Assembly: GCA_905178155.1 (NCBI GenBank)
Contig: CAJINV010000007.1
Location: forward strand, 3,428,265-3,492,264
Origin: Amoebophrya sp. A120
Lineage: Eukaryota > Protista > Dinoflagellata
Length of the DNA: 64,000 bases
Direction: 5' to 3'
Part shown: piece after piece, positions 11,522-23,793 of the stretch
Numbering within the stretch: the first letter of the stretch is position 1
How the letters are laid out: the number at the start of each line of letters is the position of its first letter
The notes under the pieces: model-generated
Database searches by the model: none
The model's input: only the letters and a program-made list of their open reading frames with translations
What the model was told of the DNA's origin: nothing
Translations under genes and position numbers: made by a program

Positions 11522-13599
11522 ATGTCCGGTGCAGGTCTGAATTTCCACAATGGAACCTCTCTCTCGTCCAGCTCGCACCTAGACATCGCGAGACGGTCGC
11601 TGGAAGAATTCGAGCGCGCCAATTTGATTTCTCTGGCGGGCCAGGAACTTTTAGACCACTTGCGGTCGCAAACCAAGCACGCGAAACAGGTGCCGAAGCA
11701 CCTCCGGCAGATGTACTTCCCCTCCTACGAGGTGTTCACGGAAAGATCCAGCATTACGGAGTTCTCCAAAAACCGGGTGCTGCGGTTGAAACAGGTGAAA
11801 GCGGACGTCACCGAGGAGGACCTGTATTGCGGGATCTGCAAGGTTCTGGTGGCGGAGATTCGGGACCAGCAGAAGAAGTTCGACCTGCAGCAGCAGTGCC
11901 CCTACATGGCGGAGAGACTGACTAACATGGGCGGGGGGAAAAAGAAGAAAAAGAATCACGCGTTCTCCTCCTCCGGCTCGGAGGATAACGAATCGGGCGG
12001 TGAAGGAGGGTATGCATTGCAAAAATAGCATCGTACCAATCGCAATTTTTTCCAATAGGAAAAACAAAGGCGACATTATTTGGAACGCTTAGTAGCTGAT
12101 TACAAAACGGATTCATCGTGATGCAGAAGTATTTCAGTTAGAAGTTTTACGAACTTTTACTTTAGTACGACTGCTATTTTGCAGTGGATCAGAGAAGAAA
12201 TCTAACCGAAGAAGAGAGGGAGGCGCGGAATGAGAGGAAAAAGGCGGATAACTGGTTTCAGGTACTAGGACTGGAACCGAAACGTTGCAGGTTGCATCTA
12301 TGAGTATGTTGACAAGCGACAGCTCACTTTTCGACTGTATCTTCGTTTCGAAATAAAAATCCAGGTTCGCGTCGGTAAGATGACCAAGGAAGAGTGCCAG
12401 TTTGCCGTGGAGGGAGGTAACAGCAACAAGCCCCAGTTGAAGGAAGTTGTCACCGTGCACATCTCTATCCGGGAGGAGAAAATCGACGAGCTGCTTCCCC
12501 TTCTGAACCACGGCTTCGAGCGTTGGGACCGGTCTTACGACAAGATTCTCTCCCCCGCGAAATCCTGGAAGCTAAAAGCCGACTGGGGCAGCTACATCGT
12601 CGTGGACGAGATGCACGCGGCGAAATTGGCCTCCGCCGCGGAAACGCTGAAGCAGTTCCAGGCGAAAAAAGCGACGAAGCGGTTACTGGCCGGGCTGGCA
12701 GACTCTCCGGGGGACGCGACCACCGCAGTACCGACCCCGGAAGACCACAATTTGCGCACCAGCAACACGAGCAGTGGGGGTCTATTGAGAGGAAACATTC
12801 CCCCCTCATTTTGAAAAGGTGTGTTTCCAAAAATTTGTGTTGCGGATTTGAGGTCACAGATCACGTCTGTCTTGCAAGAAGACAATGGCAGAAGCTTCCG
12901 GACCATTATGGAAGCGATTTGTCATGATGTTGGGCCTAAAGGGGGGCCGTTTGCCATGCTGAACTACTAGACCCATAGCCATACGCCGCTACCTAGCCTG
13001 GGGATCTGGCCGCAGTGCCTCTCTGCAATACAAAGCTGATTTGTGGTCACAAATTAGCATCACAGGCTCACAAATCAGATATCAGGTGGATCACAGGCTC
13101 ACAAATCAGCATCACAAATTTCCGTTTTGATATGGGGAGGGGGGATTTTTCATTTTGATAGGGTCCGACGAGTGACCACGACCGTAGAGGCGGTCGCAGA
13201 AGGCGCACGAGCGACGAACTGATCGACAACGAAGAAGGGCGGAGGGACAGCATCGGCGCCTTAACTGCGCACAGCAACGAGCACAGCCTGGCCGGGCGAG
13301 GCAGTCGTAGTGCATCAATGAATATCGGAGTCCACGGAGGTATGATGGGTAACGCGATATTAAACGTCGAAGGGCAACACAGACACCAAAATCCGAGCTC
13401 AGCATCGAATTCGCCCGATCTGGAAGATGAGGACAACGGGAGCTTCCACAGCTCACTCGACGATGATGGCCAGGAAGGCGCGGGGTGTAGTGATGAAAAC
13501 GACGAGAACTCTGACCAAGATTCAAACGCAGAGCGCGGCTCGGACAGTGAATCGGAATCGTCTTCCGATGTTGACTCGTCTTCGGACGAAGAAGAGTGA
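11522..13599 (+). CDS. Hypothetical protein (possible degenerate RRM-like segment, acidic C-terminus)
   Basis: GT-AG introns 12000-12184 and 12262-12364. Removing the 12783-13160 element plus one GGGTC copy joins ORF 12380 in frame to ORF 13318-13599 (...SSGGPTSDHDRRG...). Confidence 0.7.
12783..13160. mobile_element. Introner-like element / non-canonical intron, TSD GGGTC
   Basis: TAT...ATA ends; GGGTC at 12778-12782 and 13161-13165; imperfect TIR (TATTGAGAGGAAACATTCCCCCC vs reverse complement TATCAAAATGAAAAATCCCCCC); short CACAAATCAG-type repeats at 13048-13120; frame restored on excision. Confidence 0.8.
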
Positions 13600-15014
13600 T
13601 GAAAAGATTGACTGGGACCTGCTCCGAACATGGAACCTCGAAAAAAAATCGGAGCGCCAGAGGACATTGCATCCCGAATAACCAGTATCTATACCTTTAG
13701 GAGGACTGATCCGTGCGACTTAGCAACGGCGTCCTCAAAATGGACAAGATACTTACTACAAGAACCGGAAATGCGATGAAGGTCACATTCTTGATCTACC
13801 ACTTTTAGTCATGGCGTCATAATTTTGCAACATCAAGACTACACATAGCAGGATGATGATGGAAGTGCTGTTGTAAAAATTTGTGTTTCATAGCACGTGC
13901 ACGTCAGGTTACAGCAAGCACACCTTTCGATAGAAGGAGAAAGCAAATACAGACTGAATGGACGGGTGCCGTGACACAGACTGCAAAATGAAAAATCAAT
14001 ACATCGGCGGTTTCCACGTTCGTTCTGCCCTAGGCTAGCTGCTTTCTCAAATCGATTCTGGTATTCGATTGCCTTACGGCTAGGTTTTGCAGCACAGCTC
14101 CACTCTGTACAACTCTTGGAGGCTCACCTTTGTTACCCTGGATGAAATGTCGGGTTACAACTTCTTGACCGAGTGAACACGACATGAAGAAAAGCATTAC
14201 TGAGGAAAAAACATCAAATCGTCAAGTCGTGCCTGCCGCTCTGTCCTTGTATTCTTGAAACTTGCCACAAATGCCCTCGGTCAAATGTCGGTCAACATCA
14301 TGATCATGCTGTGGTTTTTTCGAATCAAAGTCAGTGCCTTTCATCTCCTACTGCTTCAGGGCCTCGGTACACGCTGATGTGCTCCTGAGAATGATGAAGT
14401 AGAAATACGTGAAAGTTTAGTCAACAAGTATACAAAGTCACACAACGCAGAACGATCTCGATCAGATGGCGGATGTGATTGCGAAAGCAGGTTGGTGATT
14501 ATAATTCTCAATGGACTTAAGCCCTCACGATCCTGCTCAGGCCGCACGCAATATATGTACATTCTCATACAACTACCCATGATAAGATACATAGATGATC
14601 TACCCTCTGATTCTCGAAATGATTATTCATAGTCCTCCCATGAGAACGCGTAGGCGTACCCATAGATACCACGCAAAGTGGATGCAGTAGTTGTAGCATC
14701 ATTCACCATCACCCTCGCATTGTCCATAAAGAAAAGCTATTGATTGTAATTCACTAAAGAAGTTCGTTGGAGATGTTGGTGTGCAAGTACCATTGTCATG
14801 GTGCTGTGACGAGGGAATTACTCTTCGGATCTCGGGGCGGACATGTCAAAGTAGCTCGTCGCGCACGAATTGCTTTGGTGATGATGTCGCCAAGCAGTAC
14901 CAATGGACACCAAGACCAACTACAGTCGTCTCACTAGGGTGTTGTAGCTCGCCCCAGCGACAGCACGGACCTAGTACGTCTGTATGATTTGAAAAAATAA
15001 TCCATGAACACAAG

Positions 15015-17738
15015 ATGCCTTCCCAACCCGATCCTCAGATGAGTAAACAAGCGAAGTCCGCCTCTCCCTGGTGGATTCAGGGCGGCAAAGGCGGCGTGCT
15101 GGACATTCAAATGGAGAAACGGGCTCGGGGGAACAAGGTGACAATTTTGAAGAATTGCTACGGGGACGTGAAACAGCTCTCGTTGCTGCTCCGCCACCAG
15201 TTTCCCCCTTTGACCGACAATCCTGACGTGTTGATCTGCGACTCCGATGGTGCACCAACGGGGAGTCCGGATAAGGACTCGCCCCACTCGCTGGTTCTAC
15301 CCGGCGACTGCCGCGTTTCCCTGGAGCACTGGCTGTTTGAAAACTACGACTCATCCAAGGTGTTGGAAGAGAAAACGGCGCTGCGCGGCATACGCAAAAT
15401 GAGCAACTTGGCGGCGCAGGCGTTGGCAGGAATGACGGGAAAGAACGAACAGCAGGGTGGAACAAATAGTGCAGGAGCTAGTAAATCGCAAGCCGGCGGC
15501 TCCTCCTCTTCTACCTCGGGAACGACCGCGAATACTAACCAAATGAAGACTACCGTCGGTGCCGACGGGGTTCCTTTGTTAGTCCAGACTACCACAGCGC
15601 CGGGCACAAATAGGGACTTTCTCGACGCGCTGAAGGGGATCCGGAAGCAGGTTCCCTACGACCACCCCATGGAGACCGCGCCCTGCTGGGTCTGGCACGG
15701 GTGGTGGCCTTACTGCACCGGGAACTGTCAGCAGACGGAAGACAAGGACCTGTTTTTTTGCTTGGAAGCGGACCCGGGGTACAATGGGAAGGGCGGTGAA
15801 GATGTGGAGCTGCGAGGACCACCTGGTGCTAGAAGTAGAAGTACTGGAGGACAAGAGGATGCGGTCGGCGTGGAAATAGATTCAGCGAGGAGTCGTGGTA
15901 CAAGCACGTCCGGTACAGTTTCGCCAGCAGGACGACAAATCACGACGGCGCGTCGCTTCGACACGGCAGAAGCGGGCGCTATTTTCCGCGAGCTTGGCTT
16001 GGTGTCCGAGCTGAATCAGAAGGCGATTGAGGAATACCGGGAAGAGATGAAAGCCTTCCGCGCAGGAAAAAGGGGCGGGAATACAAGCAACAAAGCAGCG
16101 AGTAGCGCGTCGCCACGAGGTGGCCACGGCCAGCAGCTGCCACCGCAAAGCGAGGCCGAGAAGAGAGATCGGGAAAGAAGAGAGCAGTATTTGCAAAAAC
16201 TGCTCCTTGATAGGCAAAAGCGCTTACAGAAAGTAGAGGAAAAACACGTGTGCGACATTTGCGGCCACGTGTTCGGGTTACGGAAGACTCTCCGGGTGCA
16301 CCGGGCGCGAGCGCACGAATGGGCGCCGGAGCTGGTGGATGAGAAATCGAAAAGAGCGAAAAGGAACGGGGCACAAGCGGCAGCTCCATTGGTTCCCCAG
16401 CATCGACTGCTCCAGCAGGGATTAGCGAAAGGCTTTCAACCCTTGCAGGTTCCATCACTGTCGCCTAATGGTGGATTTTCGACCAATAATAAGGGCGGAG
16501 ATACCAGTAGTGCAAACTCAACTTCCAGCACACTGATGAACTGGGCTAACGGCTTGAGTTTTGGCGGAGGTTTTGGTGCAGCATCCTCGTCCTCTAGCGC
16601 CAGCGCCACCCCCGCGGGTGGAGCAGCAACTGGAACGACGATGCTTGGAGGCGGGGTTCCCATGTCAGACGTGCGATCGCGAAAATTGCAGCAGCAGGCC
16701 ATGCTCAACGAGCCACAGGCGATCGACGTGGACGACTGGCCGACCAGTGAAGATGATGCAGGAGGAACGGGGAATAACAAAGCAGCACGGCCGGGACCAC
16801 ACACGATTGGGCTTCACCACATAATTCAGAAAAAAACGAAAGCTACGAAGGCGAGCCGGGCAAAGCAAAAGGTCCTTGCGACAAAAAGCGTCCGTGCCGA
16901 TAAAACGCTGTTTAGGCCAGAAGATCGTGGTCGCACGGGTGCTGGTAAGAGAGGCGCTTTCGTCTCTGATCCTCAAACTACAGAGAATAAATTCAATGCT
17001 TCAATACACAGCAGCGCAGCAGTCTTCCGTATTCAACTCGACGGCATTGAGGACCTCTACGTGGATCACACTGGAAACCCACTGCCGCAGGATTCTGTCG
17101 CGGTGCAAGAGGCTCTTCACGAAGTGGCGCTGAGTAGGAAGCAAATACCGATTTTTGGGTCGACGGGGGTGCATTGTCCGAATGAGAAGACGAACCTTGT
17201 CGAGGAGGACTACGAGCAGCTGCCGGAGCACTCAACGACAGAAAGCGACACGGACGGTTCCGACGCGGAATTTCGCAAGGTTTTAGAACTTTCGATGAAA
17301 GAAGACGCGGAGCGGCGGAGGATGGAGGAGCAACGGCGGGAAGAGGAGGATCTGCAGCTTGCGATCGCTTTGTCAAAAAACGTCAATCATGGTGAAATTA
17401 CGGAAGTAGAAACTAGTAACACGCAAGGTCCTAGCGGTGTCAAGAGCAAGTCGGCACCTCTTGCATCCGGGAGCTCAAGAGCCAGGACGGACCATGACAG
17501 GCACAAAAGCGCTGGCGGTGGTCTTCACGAACCTCAGAGCGACCTTGCACTAGATCCAGAGGAAGAGATCCCTTTGGAGGTCATCCTGGCCTCTCTGGAG
17601 GACGAAGCCGCAGCGAAGAGAAATCAGGACCAGTTTCTCAATTTGGCCGAAATGCTGCACGGAGCGTCCGACGAAACGGTGGACCTCGTGATAAGATTGC
17701 TAGAAGAGGAGGAGGACGGGGAGGACAGCGACGGGTGA
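15015..17738 (+). CDS. 907-aa protein: N-terminal SUI1/eIF1-like segment, C2H2 zinc finger, C-terminal UIM-like motifs
   Basis: Intact ATG ORF. LDIQMEKRARGNKVTILKN...DVKQLSLLLR (SUI1-like); CDICGHVFGLRKTLRVHRARAH (C2H2); DAEFRKVLELSMKE and EEEDLQLAIALSK (UIM-like). Confidence 0.75.
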   Translation: MPSQPDPQMSKQAKSASPWWIQGGKGGVLDIQMEKRARGNKVTILKNCYGDVKQLSLLLRHQFPPLTDNPDVLICDSDGAPTGSPDKDSPHSLVLPGDCRVSLEHWLFENYDSSKVLEEKTALRGIRKMSNLAAQALAGMTGKNEQQGGTNSAGASKSQAGGSSSSTSGTTANTNQMKTTVGADGVPLLVQTTTAPGTNRDFLDALKGIRKQVPYDHPMETAPCWVWHGWWPYCTGNCQQTEDKDLFFCLEADPGYNGKGGEDVELRGPPGARSRSTGGQEDAVGVEIDSARSRGTSTSGTVSPAGRQITTARRFDTAEAGAIFRELGLVSELNQKAIEEYREEMKAFRAGKRGGNTSNKAASSASPRGGHGQQLPPQSEAEKRDRERREQYLQKLLLDRQKRLQKVEEKHVCDICGHVFGLRKTLRVHRARAHEWAPELVDEKSKRAKRNGAQAAAPLVPQHRLLQQGLAKGFQPLQVPSLSPNGGFSTNNKGGDTSSANSTSSTLMNWANGLSFGGGFGAASSSSSASATPAGGAATGTTMLGGGVPMSDVRSRKLQQQAMLNEPQAIDVDDWPTSEDDAGGTGNNKAARPGPHTIGLHHIIQKKTKATKASRAKQKVLATKSVRADKTLFRPEDRGRTGAGKRGAFVSDPQTTENKFNASIHSSAAVFRIQLDGIEDLYVDHTGNPLPQDSVAVQEALHEVALSRKQIPIFGSTGVHCPNEKTNLVEEDYEQLPEHSTTESDTDGSDAEFRKVLELSMKEDAERRRMEEQRREEEDLQLAIALSKNVNHGEITEVETSNTQGPSGVKSKSAPLASGSSRARTDHDRHKSAGGGLHEPQSDLALDPEEEIPLEVILASLEDEAAAKRNQDQFLNLAEMLHGASDETVDLVIRLLEEEEDGEDSDG

Positions 17739-18282
17739 AGATTTCTGTCGACCTCCGGTAGTAGAAGCCGCGGGCCCGCCTCAATAGTAGGCAATCCACA
17801 TGATTCTCTGTGAAAAATGCACCATTATGAAGGTGAGGACCTCCTGAAATGAACGACTTTTATTAACTTTGACGCGAATGTCGTGCGGGTGCGACTTAAC
17901 TTCCACGAGCACTTACACGATGAAGTCATGCGACGCGACGGTTGCGTCGTTGCCTTCGTTCCACAGCTCAGGTGTTCAAACCAGAGTTGGCTGTGATTGT
18001 AGTTTATCCATGCTCCTGTGTAGTCCCATGAAATTGAAGATTTCACCGCCCGTGATGTTGTTTCATCTTCAGGCGCAGTTCTTCTTTTCTTCGGCACTGG
18101 ATAAAGCAGCAGGACGACGTAGTCGTGCAAACACTGGCGGTGCCACACCTGTGTAGTCTCCGCTGGAGGTTTTCTTCTTCTTGTGACATACGCCTAGCCT
18201 TCCCCCTGAGCAGCCCGAGCGACAGTAACATTCGAGCTGCACCCTCGTCTTTGAGCTTATCCCCTGTGCGAGTAAGGTAAAA

Positions 18283-19785
18283 ATGGCTTCAGCGGCGGTA
18301 ATTCTCCCCCCGTCCGACGAGGAGGACCGCCTGGGGCACGTGCCCAACCCGAATTCCGTTGCGATTGCGGGTTGGGCGGAAGACAAGGGCATGCGACAAG
18401 AGATGGAGGACGGATTTGTGTTTGTCGACGATTTTATGCAAGACAAATGGGGCTTCTTCGCGATCTACGACGGACACGGGGGCCAGGACGCGATGCAATA
18501 CTGCGTGGACTACCTGCACCAAAATCTCTTCCTCGAGTTGAACAAATTGGAATTTTGCAGTTCTGCGGCATCACAAGGCTTTGATGCAGCTGGCTTGATA
18601 CTCAGCAACAATTCCGCCGAGGAAGCGGCCGGCCACGCCGGCGGCTCATCTTCCTCCGCGTGTTCCGGCAGCAACAGCTCGTGCGAGGAGAAAGACGATT
18701 TATTTTGCGACCCAAATAGCCGAGGGTTTTTGTGTTGCAGCCAGCGGGAGGTGGCGAACGCGTTGATCTTCGCGTTTAAGACGACAGACATCAACCTGAT
18801 CGAGCTGGGCGTGCAAGCGGGCGCCACGGCTTGTGCCTGTTTGCTACTGGACCAAATTGTCCCAGATGAAGAGGATATTGGCAACGGAAATATGAATCGA
18901 ACAACTGCACAGGCGATACGAGAAGCGAGATTGAGTCAGAAGCCAACGCGACACTTGTACACAGCGCACTTAGGGGATGCAAGGGCCGTGTTGTGCCGAG
19001 CGGGCTTGGCGGCAAGGCTGACGAACATGTCGGATCATAAGGTAGTACAATTTTATGCATACAGCTGTGAGTTTGCTTGAGCTTGTTTATGTTTTGTCTT
19101 TGTGCATGAATAAGAATATGAACTTGCCCAGTTCATCGGTTACATGTCGTATCGTGATGTGTTAGATTAGAAGTTGTGTGCACTTTTACTTTTTCTTCTT
19201 CAATTGAAACTATCAGGCCAGCGACGAGGGCGAACGCGAGCGCGTGCACAAAAACGGTGGCACCATCATTTTCGACCGGGTGAACGGCATGCTAGCGATC
19301 GCGCGAGCGTTTGGTGATTACCAGTTGAAAACGCCTTCGTTGCCCAGAGACGTGGTCAGCAACGAACCCGACGTCACCGCCACGGAACTGACAGAGGAAG
19401 ACATGTTTGTCATACTCGCTTGCGACGGACTCTGGGACGTTTGCACGTAATTCCTTGTGATGTAATCGATATCGCAATAGTTCGTGTTGCAGCATGCATT
19501 GCATGCTACTTTTCTCATCTTGTGAATACACTGTACCATTGAGCAGGCCCCCTAGTTGATGTTGGGAAGTTGTAGGAGAAGCATGTTGACACAAAAAAAT
19601 AAAACTCGAATTCCAGCGACCAAGAGGCAGTTAATACCGTTCTGGAAACGCTGACCGAGCTGCATTTTCTCGGCGTCACAAGTAATCACCCAAGGAAAGC
19701 CGAAATTTGCAGCCGAGTCCTGGTCGAAGCAGCGTTGGCGAGGAACAGCACGGACAATATCACCGTACAGGTGGTGTTTTTCTGA
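18283..19785 (+). CDS. Protein phosphatase 2C (PPM family)
   Basis: Motifs GMRQEMED, FAIYDGHGG, AHLGDARAVL, DHK, GMLAIARAFGD, ILACDGLWDV, STDNITV. GT-AG introns 19042-19216 and 19447-19616. Confidence 0.93.
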
Positions 19786-20380
19786 TAGACTAAGTACGAG
19801 TTTGTACCTCGCTGCTGGCGGGTTCTTGTGTGTTTGTGGCAATAGGGATCCCGCCCACTCGTACGTAAAAATCGCTGTAGCCGCGTTGAAGCCGGTGCCG
19901 GCTTCGCAAAGAAATGTTGCATGGTCACTTTGTAGATGAACATAATTGGCGCACACTTGCTGTCGTGATAATCATACATAATCCTGTAAAGTGCGATGCC
20001 GTCAAATAAGAAGGCGGACTAATGTTCAACTACGTGTACGTCAGGGTTAGCAAATAAAAATTTTCAAGAGTTGTGAGTGGAAACGCGTGTTTTGATGAGG
20101 ATACATGCAAGAGAGGTGAAGATCGAGATCGTTTTTACTTCTTGGAGAGGCACGTGATCATACAAAGATCTGACTTATCTGCTTTTGACAACTGAGTTCG
20201 CAGGTCCTCACCCCCGCACTGCTACCTGTGCGATTGTGCATGTGTACTTCATGCTATTTTCATTTGTCCCGTAGCCTTGAGCTACTTACTTATTCAAGTT
20301 TTCGGCAAACAGGACATGAAAGGTTTGTTACATCTACACTCATTTCACCCGTACTTTGACCACTTTTTCGCATCCTCGCG

Positions 20381-22552
20381 ATGAACACCCCGACTTTTAC
20401 TACTACTCTGCACCAAAACATGGAGCTGACCACCGAAACCGGTGCTTTGATTGCTTTCGTTTGCATTGCCATAACTTGGCTGGTTTTTCCCTTTCTGCAG
20501 GAGCAGAAAAGCCAGGAGGTGCGAGAAGTCGGCCACCGAACCGCGTTGCACGATTTGAGACATGGTACTTCTGCAAATCCAGCCGCAAATAACCGCTCAC
20601 CTTTGGACCGAGGGAAGCAAGACCCGGTGGATCATGCAGATCATGGCGAAGAAGTTGTCGGCGGCAGCGTGTTTAAGCAGAATCAGGACGGTGTGAGGGG
20701 AAATTCGGGATCTTCTACACAGTCGACGCTTAGTACCTCGTCCTCGGCGTCCACGCGAAGAAAGAAGCCGTCCAGTAGTCGCAACAGGACGGCGAGTCAC
20801 GGCACCGATCATTATAGCCATCTCGACCAGCACGAAGAAGATCCCTTCCTCAACCTCGGCCCGTATTTCCAATCCCTTGACTACTTTGGCTGGTGCTGCG
20901 TTTTGTCCTTCCTCGACGCCAAGTCGCTGTGCAACCTGGAGCTGACTGCGAAGGCGGTGAAAAACCTGCCTGGGCTATTTCACGAGGCGGTGTTTGAAAC
21001 GGCCTGGCGGGTCTGCTACATTCAACCGTACCAAAGCCGCAACATCACGCTTGCAGCCCTGCCTAAAAGCGTGCGGGACGTGGCGCAGAATGGACTATAC
21101 ACGAACGGACAGGATGTAATACTTGCTGAAGAAGCGGAGTCCAGTATTGTACCCGTACCCGCACGACAGAGTGGACCACTACTAAAGCAGGGATCTGAGG
21201 ATACCTACTATATTGTTGAGCAACAGGAGGATGTCGAGCCCGCCGCGGTGAAGCTGTCTCCTTTAGGGCAGCTTCCGGACGAGGCCACTTCCGCAGACGA
21301 TGACTTTGTCGGAACTTCCTCGGAGCCAGCTATTGCTAAAAGAAACACCGGACGTCGAGATGAATCAATACCCCCTGGTGCTCCGAACATGATACATGTA
21401 GTAGAGCAGCAAGACCTTCGAGCCCGGCGTTCCCGGCAGTTGGTTTTCAAAAAATCCTTCGAGCGGCGGACCACCTGGAAGAAGCGCGCCTGCCAGCGGG
21501 TGGCGGCGCTGGAGCATACCAAGTTCGATATCCATGCCCGCTTGGCCCACTTCCACGATTGGGTGACGAAAATTGACATTCCGAAGGTCACCGATATTCC
21601 AGTACAGCAACTTCTACAGCAGCACAAAGTTGTTCCCTACCTCTCGGATGCCACCAACCTGTCCTTCCACATTGCGGCGCGAATTCGCGAAATCCAGTCC
21701 GTCGAACGGCTGCAGACGCTGATGCGCAAAGGGTCGCAGAGCTTCGGCGTTGACTACCAGGTGCCGGTGCAAGACAACGAGGGTTTTCTGATCGGCATGA
21801 CGTTAGTGCTAGTCTCCGCCGCGGTCGTGTTTGGATTGTCCGGAAACAGCCAGCCGTTTGTGGTCTGCGGGAGGCGCACGAAGCGTATGACTGTGGCGGA
21901 GATCCACGACGCGCAAGTGCAAAGGAACAATCAGCAGTTCTTCGCCAGAAACAACAACCCGAATCTGAATCAGGAAGACGAGGTGTTTGGCCACACGACC
22001 TTCCAGGCCTGGCACATCCCCATCGTGCCGGCGAACTGGCACGTGCTAGTGGAGCAGGTGCTGAAGTGCACGGACGCCGTCGAAAGCCAGTCGTTATCCC
22101 AACTACTTTTCTCGCCCGGGTTGCTCTATCATGTGGAACACGGGCTGCGTGCGGGCGGCGAGCTGCAGCCGAATGGTGTTGGTGCTCCACGACCCGGGTT
22201 GATGAATCCAGAGGAGGGTCGGGACAGGGTTGACAAATATTGGGTCCGCGAGTGCTTCCCGCAGCGGCTCAACAGCTGCCTGCAAGCGACAGGGTTGAAG
22301 TTTGACGATATTGTTCGTGGTAGTTCTATGGCGGAACAAACGGCCGGGGGCGTGGTGGGGGATGCGTCGGCGGGGTTGGTGAGTGAAGAACTTGGTCACA
22401 GCCACCAGTTGAAAGACGGAACAAAAGCACTTGGGAATAAAGAAAATCAATCGGTCTGTGACAAGACACTTGCATTGAAATTCTTCATGCACTTTGTACA
22501 CCATGACCTAGAGGAACACAATCTAGGACAGAAAATAACATTTGAACGCTGA
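20381..22552 (+). CDS. F-box-like membrane-associated hypothetical protein
   Basis: 723-aa ORF; FQSLDYFGWCCVLSFLDAKSLCNLELTAK resembles an F-box; hydrophobic segments ALIAFVCIAITWLVFPFL and FLIGMTLVLVSAAVVFGL. Confidence 0.65.
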   Translation: MNTPTFTTTLHQNMELTTETGALIAFVCIAITWLVFPFLQEQKSQEVREVGHRTALHDLRHGTSANPAANNRSPLDRGKQDPVDHADHGEEVVGGSVFKQNQDGVRGNSGSSTQSTLSTSSSASTRRKKPSSSRNRTASHGTDHYSHLDQHEEDPFLNLGPYFQSLDYFGWCCVLSFLDAKSLCNLELTAKAVKNLPGLFHEAVFETAWRVCYIQPYQSRNITLAALPKSVRDVAQNGLYTNGQDVILAEEAESSIVPVPARQSGPLLKQGSEDTYYIVEQQEDVEPAAVKLSPLGQLPDEATSADDDFVGTSSEPAIAKRNTGRRDESIPPGAPNMIHVVEQQDLRARRSRQLVFKKSFERRTTWKKRACQRVAALEHTKFDIHARLAHFHDWVTKIDIPKVTDIPVQQLLQQHKVVPYLSDATNLSFHIAARIREIQSVERLQTLMRKGSQSFGVDYQVPVQDNEGFLIGMTLVLVSAAVVFGLSGNSQPFVVCGRRTKRMTVAEIHDAQVQRNNQQFFARNNNPNLNQEDEVFGHTTFQAWHIPIVPANWHVLVEQVLKCTDAVESQSLSQLLFSPGLLYHVEHGLRAGGELQPNGVGAPRPGLMNPEEGRDRVDKYWVRECFPQRLNSCLQATGLKFDDIVRGSSMAEQTAGGVVGDASAGLVSEELGHSHQLKDGTKALGNKENQSVCDKTLALKFFMHFVHHDLEEHNLGQKITFER

Positions 22553-23793
22553 AGATGTTGCCACTCACGAGTGGACGCGAGACCTGGTCGTTGCCCCGCC
22601 GCACTGTAGGTGGTTGACGAGAGGGACTGTAACAATTACGTATCGAAGCAAAAGCAGAGTACCAGAGTGCGTTCTTAAATGCCTATACGCGTAATATGGG
22701 GAACGAATTCTGTGACCCCGCCTAGCGCGCTTCGGTTTATCTCTATCTGGTAACCTCAACAGCCAGAGCGTGTGCGCGAGTCGGTACTACTGGGTTCGCT
22801 TGTCTGCTGCAGCTGGCAGATACTTTTTCGCATCTTGTTTACCTTGTTTTCGGTCTTGATTTATCTTCAACTATTGTGCGGTCGCTTGCATTTTGCATGC
22901 TTTTCCTTCTGCCAGGCGGTCTGACATTACGAGAGAGCGTTCTACTTCTGTTAGGCATGCGATTCTTCTCTGTTCGTACATTGTATGGTTCAGATGCAGA
23001 ACACGAATTTCTTTGTAGAAGAAGTCCCGTCCGTCGGTTCCTTGTGAGTGCGGTGCCCCTTATTTTCGGTGCGTGACTTTTCAAATCCAAAATTCTTTTA
23101 CGTACTCGGTTCGTCTACCTTGCCACTTCGCAGCCGAGAAGTAGTGTGAGAAGCCTTAGCTTCGTCCTCGTGTGCGGTTTTTCTGTTGTGAGGTGCACTG
23201 ATAAGTCTCATCTGTTTCTTTCGGTCTGAGTGTTTTGGTTCCAACCTCGGTTTTTTGCCTGCTTGTTTATCTTTCTCGGTCATCAAAATGTATGTGTCCT
23301 GATTGTCGTTGCTGCTCTTGTTTCTTGTGAATATGCATCTGCGCCGTCTGCTGCGTGCTGTGAAGGTAGTGTTGTTGATAGTAGCTTGATATCGCTCCTT
23401 CCTGAGGACAACGCCACAGCAGCTCACCCTATTCCACATGTTCATGACTACATCAACATATTAAAAACTGTCAAAATTGTTTTTATATCATCAAAACTTT
23501 CGTCTGCAGTACGATTCTTGAAACCTCTCCCTCACCTCTGTTTCTAACCCCCTTGTTGAACTTGAAGTGAGTCCTTTTTGTTTTTTACGATTAAATTAAG
23601 CGACGAGGCGAATTCATAAGCCAGGATGATCGGTTTTTGCTATACAGTTATCCAATTAGCGAGAAATTGCTCGTGCACAAATTTTGATTCGAAAACCAAA
23701 GGAGTCAACGCGAGATCCGACTCAAAAGGACCACCTCACGAAGACACGACTACGCGCACACGCGAACTGCCCACGAAGAGAGCCTGAAACATC

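Noticed and set aside
20269-20276. CCGTAGCC matching the start of the dinoflagellate spliced leader, upstream of the 20381 gene
   Set aside because: Only 8 bp match; the ATTTTGGCTCAAG remainder is absent, so compatible with chance.
22506-22756. Possible non-canonical intron near the end of the F-box-like gene (ACCT repeat, TA...TA)
   Set aside because: No convincing inverted repeat, no TAT/ATA ends, and the ORF ends acceptably at 22552 without it.
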